NCBI GenBank assembly: GCA_016200355.1 | Contig: JACQEY010000053.1 | Coordinates: 425 to 64,424, forward strand | Length of the DNA: 64,000 bases | Direction of reading: 5' to 3' | Source: Nitrospirota bacterium | Lineage (GTDB): Bacteria; Nitrospirota; Nitrospiria; Nitrospirales; Nitrospiraceae | In this document: positions 9,986 through 18,470 of the stretch, piece after piece | Layout of the letters: each line of letters opens with the position of its first letter | Position numbering within the stretch: position 1 is the stretch's first letter | Program-made: the position numbers and the translations under genes | Notes under the pieces: model-generated | Database searches by the model: none | The model's input: the letters and a program-made list of their open reading frames with translations, nothing else | Told to the model about the DNA's origin: nothing

Positions 9986-10412
9986 AGCATTCGCACATTA
10001 GGTCAGTGTTTGCGATCCTTCTGCATGATTTTATCGGTCCACGCGGATCAATATGGGTCAGCCATTCCGGTCTATCGGCATGCCCCTCTAAATCCAATTT
10101 GCTCACGAAGGTGGCATAGCCGCCGATAATCACCATCGTGAGCAAATTTGCCACCATCGTGACGTCGATCAGTCCCAGGACGCCTAGCATGAAGACAGTC
10201 TCTTGTTGCTGATTGATGTGCCAGATCATCTCCCATAGTTCGACGAGAAATTTATATGCATACAGCAGCTCGGCCACGATGAGGCCGCCATAAAGCGGGG
10301 CTTGAATCCACCGGCTGGCGAACACGACGGTTTCAAATAGATGCTCAACGCGGTTGACAGGAGCGTGGGGGTGCTTCGCTACGGCAGATTCTGAAAGATC
10401 GGAATGACTCAC
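9975..10412 (-). pseudogene. yqhA: YqhA/UPF0114-family membrane protein, C-terminally truncated at repeat S2
   Basis: FASRWIQAPLYGGLIVAELLYAYKFLVELW...LGLIDVTMVANLLTMVIIGGYATFVSKLD aligns with the first ~100 of ~164 residues of E. coli YqhA (from memory). After WLTHID the sequence is unrelated, and the stop lies inside repeat S2. GTG start. Confidence 0.55.
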
Positions 10413-10581
10413 GGCGCGCTATCCTAGTCGGCAAGAGGGGGAACTGTCAATTTCAACGACCCTGTCGTTCGCGAAACGTCCGAACCCCGAAACGAACGAC
10501 GCTTCACGAGATACGCCCTTCGACGGGCTCAGGGCGTCCCGAGCCTGTCGAGGGACGCTTCACGGGTGTCGAGACAGACTC

Positions 10582-11229
10582 CTAGTCGACCAAGTGATTG
10601 TCGAGCGCATAGCGGATCAGTTCCGCGGTGGTCCTAAGTTGTAACTTGTCCAGGAGACGAGCTCGATAGGTACTGACGGTCTTGATGCTGAGGGTGAGAG
10701 ACCGTGCGGTCTGCTTGATGGATTGGCCCTTGGCTAACATGCCAAGGACTTCGAACTCTCGCTCGGACAATGCGTGATGGCCGGGACCGATCGGAGTCTT
10801 GTTCAGGCTACCGGCCATATGCTCTCCGAGGGACGCGGTGACATACATCCGGCCAGACAGGACTTGTTTGACGGCTCTGGCCAGCTCTTCTGGCGCGGTA
10901 TGTTTGGTGAGATAGGCCATAGCCCCGGCTCGGAAGGCACGAACGGCGTATTGTTCCTCAGGGTGCAGGCTCAAGACCATCAGAGGGAGTTGGGGGGCAG
11001 TGTTGTGTAACTCGCACAACAGCGCCAACCCACTCTGATCAGGAAGGTTGATATCCACGATGGCCAGATCCCAGGGCTCCTGCTGCACCGCCGCAATCCC
11101 CTTTTGGCTGGTTTCAGCCTCTCCGACTTCGACGTAAAGGAAGTTCTCCTCAAGAATCTGTTTCACGCCCCGGCGCACAACCTCGTGATCGTCGATGACA
11201 AGAATTTTTACCAGCTGCGTCCCGATCAT
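10582..11229 (-). CDS. NarL/FixJ-family response regulator
   Basis: KILVIDDHEVVRRG, IVDINLPDQSG, and HTH LSEREFEVLGMLAKGQSIKQTARSLTLSIKTVSTYRARLLDKL. The ATG at 11229 overlaps the kinase TGA (ATGA). Confidence 0.9.
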   Translation of the reverse strand: MIGTQLVKILVIDDHEVVRRGVKQILEENFLYVEVGEAETSQKGIAAVQQEPWDLAIVDINLPDQSGLALLCELHNTAPQLPLMVLSLHPEEQYAVRAFRAGAMAYLTKHTAPEELARAVKQVLSGRMYVTASLGEHMAGSLNKTPIGPGHHALSEREFEVLGMLAKGQSIKQTARSLTLSIKTVSTYRARLLDKLQLRTTAELIRYALDNHLVD

Positions 11230-12422
11230 AAGGCAACACACCCCCCAACCGGCACGGATACGATGGCCCTGGTTCCGACACCGGATGTGCCTACGATATG
11301 AACATGGCCGCCTAGGAGAGCGGCTCGCTCCTGCATTCCACGAAGCCCAAAGGAACGAAGCGTAGCCATCCTCTCGCGGGTGATTCCCTTCCCGTTGTCA
11401 GTTACTTCTAACGTCACCCTGGAGCCATCCTGGTACAGCCGCATGTGAACCAGAGAAGCGGCGGCGTGGCGCATCACATTCGTCAGCAATTCCTGCGCGA
11501 TTCGAAACAACGCGGTAGACGCTTCGGATGGCAGCGCGATGGATGCCAAGCCCGGAGCCACGTCTATCGCGCACCGCGCGCCTGTGCAATCCTGGAGCCT
11601 CGTTGCAAGGCATTCCAACGCCGGGACCAATCCGAGATCGTCCAGCATCGCGGGGCGCAGGGCCGCAGCTGTCGCGCGGACGGACTCCAAAAGCGCATCG
11701 ACCGATCCAGACATGGCGTGGACTTTGTTCAGCAGAGCCTCTCCGCCGGTTGGAGCAGGCGATTGCGCGAGTGTCCTGCCGAGCCATGCCAGATCGAATT
11801 TCAAGCCGGTCAAGGCCTGCCCAAACTCGTCGTGCAACTCCCGTGCAATTCTGCGTCGTTCCTCTTCTACAGCTCTCTGCGCCCGAAGAGCCTCGCTGCG
11901 TAATCGAGCATGGGCCAGCCGGAGTTCCTTCTCTGCCTGTGTGCCCGGGATGACGGCAGTACCGATGGCCATAAGGCCGATTAGGCCCCCGTGAGCCCCC
12001 AGCACCCGCGTAATATTCCAGGAGAACATTGTCTCTGAGCCCGTGCGTACCCGGAAAGGGAACTCAAGTCCCTTCACGTCGCTCCCTTCGGTGACTCGCG
12101 CAAGTTCGGTCAGGAACGACTCACGCGCCTCGATCGGAAGGCACAGTTCCACATAGCTGCGACCCAAGGCTTCATCGGCTATCCATCCAGAAACCGTTTC
12201 GGCCGTGCGGCTCCACTCTAGAATGATGGATTCGGGCGAAAGAAGCAGGATCACGCTGCTGGAGACTTCTAAGAGTGTGCGATAGCAATGGTCCTTCGAC
12301 TCTGTTAGGAGGGACCCCGGCTTCGGAGGACATAGTGCCTTTGTCCTATCGCTCTTGCTCATGCCTCGACCGAGCGCGCGAGACGACGAGGCCGTGACAA
12401 GATGGGTGCGCGGGCGTTTCAT
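11226..12422 (-). CDS. PAS-domain sensor histidine kinase (HisKA_3/HATPase_c)
   Basis: H-box ELHDEFGQALTGLKFDL. ATPase motifs NVMRHA, DNGKGI, GLRGMQERA. N-terminal PAS-like segment. Confidence 0.85.
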   Translation of the reverse strand: MKRPRTHLVTASSSRALGRGMSKSDRTKALCPPKPGSLLTESKDHCYRTLLEVSSSVILLLSPESIILEWSRTAETVSGWIADEALGRSYVELCLPIEARESFLTELARVTEGSDVKGLEFPFRVRTGSETMFSWNITRVLGAHGGLIGLMAIGTAVIPGTQAEKELRLAHARLRSEALRAQRAVEEERRRIARELHDEFGQALTGLKFDLAWLGRTLAQSPAPTGGEALLNKVHAMSGSVDALLESVRATAAALRPAMLDDLGLVPALECLATRLQDCTGARCAIDVAPGLASIALPSEASTALFRIAQELLTNVMRHAAASLVHMRLYQDGSRVTLEVTDNGKGITRERMATLRSFGLRGMQERAALLGGHVHIVGTSGVGTRAIVSVPVGGCVAL

Positions 12423-13258
12423 AGCGTCGTGAGTATCGGTTCAAGGTAGACGTGAGCGATGATACATGTGCCTCGACCCACGGTGGACTGAATCTCCAAG
12501 CGGCCACCGATCTTCCGAGCCCGATGTTCCATCTGCGCGAACCCAATGCCCTTCGCCGGTTCGTGTTCGATATCGAAGCCTGATCCATTGTCGTCAATAC
12601 TCAGTCGTACTCGTGAGCCGATGCGCCGAAGAGCAATCTCGATTCGTGTGGCGCGAGCGTAGCGGACGCAATTGCTCAAAGCCTCCCTGGCGATCGTCAC
12701 GAGTTCACGTGCTTCTTCGCCGGTCAGAATCTCCTCTGCCGCCGGTTCGACCTCCACATGAATTTGCAACTCACTCGCCCGCGCAACAGTCTGGGCGAGG
12801 GCTTGTAACTCGGGGACCAGCCTAAACGGATCCACGCGGTCGGATTCCACACTCAGAATCATGCGTCGGATGTCTTGGATAAGACTGTGGAGCTGGTCGG
12901 CAGCCTGATCGCGAGCGCGCGGCCCAGCCTGTGGCACCTCCCTGCGGAATTCATGGGATTGCTCAAGGCTCAAACCAATCGCATAGAGCGCTTGCAGCAC
13001 GGATTCGTGCAATTCTCGTCCGATGCGGCTGCGATCGTGAAGCAGGGCGCTCAATCGTCGCTCGGATGCTGTGAGGGCCGCGGCAAGGCTATGTTCAACC
13101 TCTTCATGTAGCAGGCAAGAAAGCGACTGATCGCTGTCTGGGGATATCCCTGGGGTGAGAGCCTCACGCTGGTATGCCGGCTTGCCAGGAAATTGCCGAA
13201 ACCCGTCGAGGATCCGGAACCTTCGCCGACTTTTCATTCGAGTGCCCTTTCCAATCAT
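12419..13258 (-). CDS. Soluble histidine kinase without recognisable sensor domain (HisKA_3/HATPase_c)
   Basis: H-box ELHESVLQALYAIGLSL. NCVRYA, DDNGSGF, GIGFAQMEHRA. 4-nt overlap with the next kinase gene. Confidence 0.8.
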   Translation of the reverse strand: MIGKGTRMKSRRRFRILDGFRQFPGKPAYQREALTPGISPDSDQSLSCLLHEEVEHSLAAALTASERRLSALLHDRSRIGRELHESVLQALYAIGLSLEQSHEFRREVPQAGPRARDQAADQLHSLIQDIRRMILSVESDRVDPFRLVPELQALAQTVARASELQIHVEVEPAAEEILTGEEARELVTIAREALSNCVRYARATRIEIALRRIGSRVRLSIDDNGSGFDIEHEPAKGIGFAQMEHRARKIGGRLEIQSTVGRGTCIIAHVYLEPILTTL

Positions 13259-13344
13259 GTGACGTGGAATATCTTCGGAATCTTTCTTCGAATGGATTCC
13301 TCAGTTTCCGATCACACCACTATTACGCGACTGCCACGTATCTC

Positions 13345-13370
13345 GTCACCTGGCGGTTCCGCCAGGTGAC
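13345..13370. promoter_or_regulatory. lux-box-like perfect palindrome upstream of the luxI-like gene
   Basis: GTCACCTGGCGG-TT-CCGCCAGGTGAC. The inner 20-mer ACCTG-N10-CAGGT has the same ends and length as the V. fischeri lux box (ACCTGTAGGATCGTACAGGT, from memory). Centre is ~86 nt upstream of ATG 13444, and no gene ends here. Confidence 0.55.
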
Positions 13371-13443
13371 GGGTGAGTCATGAATTTGGAACTATTCGGC
13401 CCGGTCACGGATTGCTGTTGAGTTCAACCTATTGGAGGTACCC

Positions 13444-13989
13444 ATGAACAACGACGTCGTGCAGCAGGAAGCGAGACAGATTGCCTTCTTCGAGGGGGAG
13501 TTTTTGGTTAAGACGCTCCAAAGTGAAGAAGAAATGCGGCAGGCCTATCATCTTCGGCATAGGGTCTTTGCCGAAAAGCTAAAGTGGGTACCGGAGAGGA
13601 CGGACAAGCTCGAGTCTGATATCTATGATGCATGGAGTACCTCTATAGGTCTTTTCTCTACCCAGCAACAACTGTTGGGAATGGTACGGATGACGCCAGC
13701 CCCACTCCCATTTATGCTGGAAAGCGAGTTCAGTGGATGCCTCGCAAATAATATTCGATACACCTATCTGGTCGTTGAGAGCAGGCTTCTGCGTGTGGTG
13801 CAATGGATAGGGTGGCCCTGTCACGCGATCGGTGATCCTGTAGCACTTCCTCCAGCGGATGTGCTCTCGGTTGGGGCGTTGCTCGACCTCGATGAGTTTC
13901 GCTCAGTTGCAGTCTCTAAGCGGCCTGAGATGCTGGAGTGGCTGCATACCATGGAGCCAACCACGACGGAGATTGTGGCAAGAGTGTGA
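13444..13989 (+). CDS. LuxI-family acyl-homoserine-lactone synthase homologue, apparently lacking the central core segment
   Basis: GGAGG sits 5 nt before ATG 13444. The N-terminal LuxI signature is present (RHRVFAEKLKWVPERTDKLESDIYD, i.e. R..VF...L.W...E.D..D), as is the C-terminal ...RVVQWIGWPCHAIGDP (R.GWp...G.P). Only ~5 residues lie where LasI/RhlI have ~45 residues including the W-E-x-S-R motif. Confidence 0.6.
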   Translation: MNNDVVQQEARQIAFFEGEFLVKTLQSEEEMRQAYHLRHRVFAEKLKWVPERTDKLESDIYDAWSTSIGLFSTQQQLLGMVRMTPAPLPFMLESEFSGCLANNIRYTYLVVESRLLRVVQWIGWPCHAIGDPVALPPADVLSVGALLDLDEFRSVAVSKRPEMLEWLHTMEPTTTEIVARV

Positions 13990-14073
13990 GGCGCGCGTTC
14001 GTTAGGGAATTGATGAAGCGGTTTCTCTTCGCCGACATCGGTGAAGGGAACTGTTAACTGTTAGAAGGATGGT

Positions 14074-14889
14074 TCAGTTCGCGCTCGGAAGACCGTGCAG
14101 GACGGGAAGCCCATGTTCCATGGCTGAGGCAACTGCCTGTGAGCGGGAGGTCACATCGAGTTTGGAAAAGATGCTCGCCAGATGGAATCGCACCGTCCGC
14201 TCCGTTACCCCAAGAATCTGGCCGACTTCCCAATTCGTCTTGCCGTTCTTTATCCAATTCAGGATGGTCACTTCGCGCGGAGATAGTTCTTTCACACACT
14301 TTTCCGTTGCGGGAGCATTCTTCCGCGCTGTTCTCATGAGGGCGAGGTGAAGATGGCGTCCAAGGTATTCCACGAGCTGAGCGTACCGTTCAGCATCGGT
14401 CCCTTCCCCTCCTGCAAAAGAACAAAAGGTAGCGAGGCCGCAAGCTGGATCGACTGAACTGGTAGTGATTCCGTCAGCCAGACCAAATCCTCTGGCAGTT
14501 TCGATAAAGTCTAACTCTTCTTTTGATGTCGCTTTTTGGTAGGTCTGTTTCCAGATCTGAATTCCTGGAGATCTGGAGGCCATTCGGAACACGGGGTCAA
14601 CCTCAGCATACCCATTCTTCCAGTAGAGATAGAGCCATTCGTCCGGATAACTCACATTGACAACGTTCGTGAAGCCCTCAAATTTTCCGCTAGGACTGAG
14701 GCGTGCCAGCCCACCAAGCAGACAATTGAACGGGAACAGCTCCTGAAACCGAATCAGCACGTCTCTCACGTCCTCAGAAGTCTCTGCTTGAGCTGCGTAG
14801 TGGAAGACTTCCAGTGCGTGCTGACAATCCTGTTTTGAAAACTTCTCGAACAACTGACCTGGGAGGGGATGCTTGAAGCTTAGTGCCAT
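14074..14889 (-). CDS. LuxR-family transcription regulator with autoinducer-binding domain
   Basis: YPDEWLYLYWKNGYAEVDPVF (W, Y, D, P ligand-pocket positions), downstream W and G. C-terminal HTH LSPREVTILNWIKNGKTNWEVGQILGVTERTVRFHLASIFSKL. ATG at 14889 is preferred over TTG at 14901. Confidence 0.85.
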   Translation of the reverse strand: MALSFKHPLPGQLFEKFSKQDCQHALEVFHYAAQAETSEDVRDVLIRFQELFPFNCLLGGLARLSPSGKFEGFTNVVNVSYPDEWLYLYWKNGYAEVDPVFRMASRSPGIQIWKQTYQKATSKEELDFIETARGFGLADGITTSSVDPACGLATFCSFAGGEGTDAERYAQLVEYLGRHLHLALMRTARKNAPATEKCVKELSPREVTILNWIKNGKTNWEVGQILGVTERTVRFHLASIFSKLDVTSRSQAVASAMEHGLPVLHGLPSAN

Positions 14890-15066
14890 GGCAAATCCCA
14901 ACTGAACATGAAGCTACCCTTTTGGGGAGGTGAGTATACGCCAAAATTTCGAAAAAATGAACAGTCCATTTTTCTGTCTGGATGAAGCTAAATAACCCTG
15001 TCAAAATGCTCTATTAATCGATAATATCGCCCGATATTTTCTGCCCTTAAGGAGAATTGGACGGGC

Positions 15067-16422
15067 ATGAGTTGGATCTTGTGTTCAATGGTGATGGTGG
15101 TGGTTTTCTTGCTCCCATCAAATACTTCTGCTCAGGCTATCCGATTTCAGCCGCAAGGAGCTGCCGCGGCCGGTCAGGGGAATGCGTTCGCCGCTCAGGC
15201 GGACGATGCCTCGGCCATCCACTTTAATCCGGCCGGACTGACTCAAGTCGATGGCGTCCAGAGTATTGCTGGGTCGAATCTTATGGGAGGGTCGATCCAA
15301 TACAAGAACCAGGCGGGTCTTGATACAAGAGGTGATCTCGGCGGGAGTATCTCTTCTCCACCTCCAAGCCATTTCTATCTGAGCGCTAATCTTGGAGCCC
15401 TCGGCGCATCAACGTTCTCCCCCGTCACGCTGGGACTCGGTTTTACCTCGCCATTCGGTTCAAACACGCGCTATCCGGTGGGTGGCCCCTTCAATACCGC
15501 CGTCACCTCTGTAGCGCTTCAGCTGATCGATATCAAGCCGACCGTGGCCTATAAGCTGAACGATCAGTTGGCCATCGGGGTAGGCGCGGACATCTATACC
15601 TTCGCGAGTTTTCTTGGACAGGGGCATGCCGAACAGAAACAAGTAGGCGCCGGGGTCTTTGGCATCCCAGCTGGGGCTTCCGTAGAATTCAACGGGAACG
15701 GGACAGGGGCGGGCGCAAACGTCAGCCTGCTCTATACGCCGCTGAGAAACGGCGACGGCAAGCCCCTCGCTTCTATCGGGCTGGTCTATCGCACCCAGGC
15801 TGTGGTGCCGTTGAGTGGATCGTTGTTGGTCAACGGGGCGAAGGTTGCCGATGCGTCCACCAATCTCGTGCTGCCGCAGATCTATACCGGAGCCATTGCG
15901 ATCTGGCCGGTTCGTACGAGTGAGCAGGAATGGAAGTTGGAAGTCGACGTGGAATATGTCGGATGGAAGTCGAATCGTGACCTCGATGTCCATCTTTCCT
16001 CCGGCGGGGTCATCCCGCAACCACAACAGTGGAAGACGGTGCCGGTTGTGGCGATCGGCACCGAATACAAATGGCTCAATCCTGCGTGGTTGCCTCATTG
16101 GGATGTGGCATTGCGATCGGGGTACACGCGAACTGAGAATCCCGTTCCCGATACGACGTTCAACCCGGGGACGCCCTCTTTATCTTCCAACACGCTGTCC
16201 ATGGGAGCCGGATTCTTGTGCAAGGGCCAGGGCCGGTTTCTGGGAATGGTGCCTTGCGGAGGAGCGTCCGCACTCTCGCCCAAGGGGATTGGCCTGGATG
16301 TGGCGTTTCAGGAATGGTTTTATGAGTCGCGCGCGGTTACCGGAAATCTTAACCCCACCGTCGATGGGACATACCATGCCTATATCCATCTAGGGACGGT
16401 CAGTATCAAATTCATGTTTTAG
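15067..16422 (+). CDS. FadL/OmpP1/TodX-family outer-membrane hydrophobic-compound channel
   Basis: Signal peptide ending SAQA. GQGNAFAAQADDASAIHFNPAGL family motif. C-terminal aromatic residue (IKFMF). Confidence 0.75.
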   Translation: MSWILCSMVMVVVFLLPSNTSAQAIRFQPQGAAAAGQGNAFAAQADDASAIHFNPAGLTQVDGVQSIAGSNLMGGSIQYKNQAGLDTRGDLGGSISSPPPSHFYLSANLGALGASTFSPVTLGLGFTSPFGSNTRYPVGGPFNTAVTSVALQLIDIKPTVAYKLNDQLAIGVGADIYTFASFLGQGHAEQKQVGAGVFGIPAGASVEFNGNGTGAGANVSLLYTPLRNGDGKPLASIGLVYRTQAVVPLSGSLLVNGAKVADASTNLVLPQIYTGAIAIWPVRTSEQEWKLEVDVEYVGWKSNRDLDVHLSSGGVIPQPQQWKTVPVVAIGTEYKWLNPAWLPHWDVALRSGYTRTENPVPDTTFNPGTPSLSSNTLSMGAGFLCKGQGRFLGMVPCGGASALSPKGIGLDVAFQEWFYESRAVTGNLNPTVDGTYHAYIHLGTVSIKFMF

Positions 16423-16426
16423 ATGT

Positions 16427-16450
16427 AAGATGCTGAAAAAGGCCGTCAGC
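16427..16450. mobile_element. Solo terminal fragment of the CAGGATGCTGAAAAAG element family (M1)
   Basis: aagatgctgaaaaaggccgtcagc matches the left end of copies M3 and M5. Confidence 0.5.
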
Positions 16451-16452
16451 CC

Positions 16453-16538
16453 GTCTTGTTCATTTGGTTTGTCTTGTTTATTTGGTTGAACCAGACCAAC
16501 GAAATAAACGAAACAAACCAGATGAACCAGACAGACCT
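16453..16538. repeat. Nonamer-periodic GGTT/AACC hairpin (copy G1) between convergent fadL-like and uvrC genes
   Basis: Left arm gtcttgttc atttggttt gtcttgttt atttggttg. Right arm aaccagacc aacgaaata aacgaaaca aaccagatg aaccagaca. Confidence 0.85.
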
Positions 16539-16553
16539 CGCAGATGACCGCGT

Positions 16554-18374
16554 TCAACTGCAAGACGGAGTCGTGTTCGCGAGGGCTTTTCGCATTTCTG
16601 CGACGGTCTTGGCGTCGAGGCCGAATGCCGTCAATTCGTTGTCCGAAGCGGCTGCGATATTTGCCAGGTTGCCATATTGTTTGAGCAGGCGGGCGCGTGT
16701 GATTTCGCCGATGCCGATTACTTGATCCAGTCGCGAGGCCATCAGGGCTTTGCCACGAAGCTTGCGATGGAATGTGACGGCAAATCGATGGGCCTCGTCA
16801 CGAATGCGTTGCACGAGATGGGTGGCCGGGGAATTCGCGCGTAGCACAATGGGATTTTTTCGGCCTGGCAGGAAAACCCGCTCGTCTTTTTCGCCGCGTG
16901 CTTTCGCTAATCCAATCATGGCCAGATCCTGCTGACCGACCTGTTTCAGCCCTTCCATCGCTGCGGCAAGCTGACCTAATCCTCCATCGATAAGAATGAG
17001 ATCCGGGCGCGCGAGATTCTTGCTCTCTCCATAGCGGCGCGTCACAACTTCCTGCATGCTGGCGAAATCGTTGGCGCCGGTCACGGTTTGAATCTTGAAG
17101 CGGCGATAGTCGGCTTTCTTCATCTGGCCGTCTTCCCATACGACCATGGACGCAACAGACTGGTTGCCCATGGTGTTCGAAATGTCGAATCCTTCGATGC
17201 GCCGAGGCGCGATATCCAGGCGTACAAGCCGCTTGAGTTCTTCAACCGCCTGCCGTCCTATTTCTTCATCTCGCAGGTGATTGGCAGCGGCGGCGGCGGC
17301 GTTCTCTTCCGCCAGGAGAAGCAATTGGTGTTTCACGCCCCGCTCGGGGGCCACGACGCGAACAGTATTCCTGCGTTTGCCTGAGAGCCACTCTTCGATC
17401 ACGGTAACGTCGTCGAGGCCGGTGGGGATAAGTAGCTCTTTGGGCGGCTGACCGTCTTTGTTGTAAAACTGTTCTATCGCGGATCGAACGAGTTCCTCGT
17501 CGCCGGTGTCGGCTGAATGGGGCCAAAAGAAGTCTTTGCGCCCGATCAAGAGTCCGCCGCGCACGAATAGGATTTGGAGATCGACTGCCGAGCCTTGCCG
17601 TGCCAGCCCGATCACGTCTTGGTCAGTCGTCGTCATTTGGGTGATACGCTGTTTCTCGAGCGTGCGTTCGATATTGAAGAGCCGATCCCGCAAGCGCGCC
17701 GCCTCCTCGAAGTCTTCACGCTCCGCCGCCCCTTCCATCTGGGCGCGCAAGTCGTCCAACAGTTCATGGTCGCGCCCTTCCAAAAACTGACGGACCTGCG
17801 CGACAATGTGATGGTAGTCCTCTTTCGATTGATTGCCGGTACAGGGTGCCATGCACCGTTTGATTTCGAATTCGATGCAAGCCCGTTCGGCCTTGCCGTC
17901 TATTTCAATCGTACAGGTAGCGAGGGGAAAAGCTTTTTTAACGACTTTCAACGTCTCCCTCAATGCGCCTGCCGGCGTGTAGGGACCATAGTAGAGTGCG
18001 CCGTCTTGTTGTACACGGCGGACGATGGAGAGGCGCGGGAAGTCTTCTTTAATCGGCAGGCGAAGGTAGGGGTATTGCTTGTCGTCCCGTAAGACCACGT
18101 TAAACCGGGGCCGATGTTGCTTGATCAGATTACTTTCAAGAATAAGCGCTTCAAGTTCTGAGCGGGTCACGATCGTTTCGAGGTCTGCGATGTGGTTGAC
18201 CAGGACAGTATTTTTCGGAGAGTGGTCGGTCCCTTTTTGAAAGTAGGACCGCACACGGCTGGACAGGACTGCGGCCTTCCCGATGTACAATAGTTCGCCG
18301 GCCTGGTCTTTGAAGAGATATACCCCAGGTTGGTCTGGCAGATGAGTGAGTTTGGATTCGAGGTTACTGGTCAT
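16554..18374 (-). CDS. uvrC: Excinuclease ABC subunit C
   Basis: 606 aa. GIY-YIG N-terminus (PGVYLFKDQAGELLYIGKA), UvrBC-interaction region, C-terminal (HhH)2. Confidence 0.95.
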   Translation of the reverse strand: MTSNLESKLTHLPDQPGVYLFKDQAGELLYIGKAAVLSSRVRSYFQKGTDHSPKNTVLVNHIADLETIVTRSELEALILESNLIKQHRPRFNVVLRDDKQYPYLRLPIKEDFPRLSIVRRVQQDGALYYGPYTPAGALRETLKVVKKAFPLATCTIEIDGKAERACIEFEIKRCMAPCTGNQSKEDYHHIVAQVRQFLEGRDHELLDDLRAQMEGAAEREDFEEAARLRDRLFNIERTLEKQRITQMTTTDQDVIGLARQGSAVDLQILFVRGGLLIGRKDFFWPHSADTGDEELVRSAIEQFYNKDGQPPKELLIPTGLDDVTVIEEWLSGKRRNTVRVVAPERGVKHQLLLLAEENAAAAAANHLRDEEIGRQAVEELKRLVRLDIAPRRIEGFDISNTMGNQSVASMVVWEDGQMKKADYRRFKIQTVTGANDFASMQEVVTRRYGESKNLARPDLILIDGGLGQLAAAMEGLKQVGQQDLAMIGLAKARGEKDERVFLPGRKNPIVLRANSPATHLVQRIRDEAHRFAVTFHRKLRGKALMASRLDQVIGIGEITRARLLKQYGNLANIAAASDNELTAFGLDAKTVAEMRKALANTTPSCS

Positions 18375-18470
18375 TGGTCAATGGTCAACAGTGAATAGTC
18401 GTTCGCCCAGACAAAATGTCATTGGCAGCTATCTTACCAATGACTGATGGCCAGTGACTATTGACTATCT
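18366..18470. repeat. ~100-nt TGAC/GTCA-rich heptad element (copy T1), homologous to T3
   Basis: gtcattggtcaatggtcaacagtgaatagtcgttcgcc...ccaatgactgatggccagtgactattgac. About 80% identical by eye to 19818-19914. It contains the uvrC ATG and the stop of the next gene. Confidence 0.8.

Noticed and set aside
13990-14073. Looked for a rho-independent terminator between the convergent luxI-like and luxR genes
   Set aside because: The only structure is a weak 6-7 bp imperfect stem (cttcgcc/ggtgaag) without a T-tract, which is not convincing.
14890-15066. Second lux-box-like site in the luxR/fadL divergent region (near-palindrome cgataatatcg)
   Set aside because: It is short, AT-rich, imperfect and lacks the CTG-N10-CAG geometry, so it could arise by chance in this AT-rich spacer.
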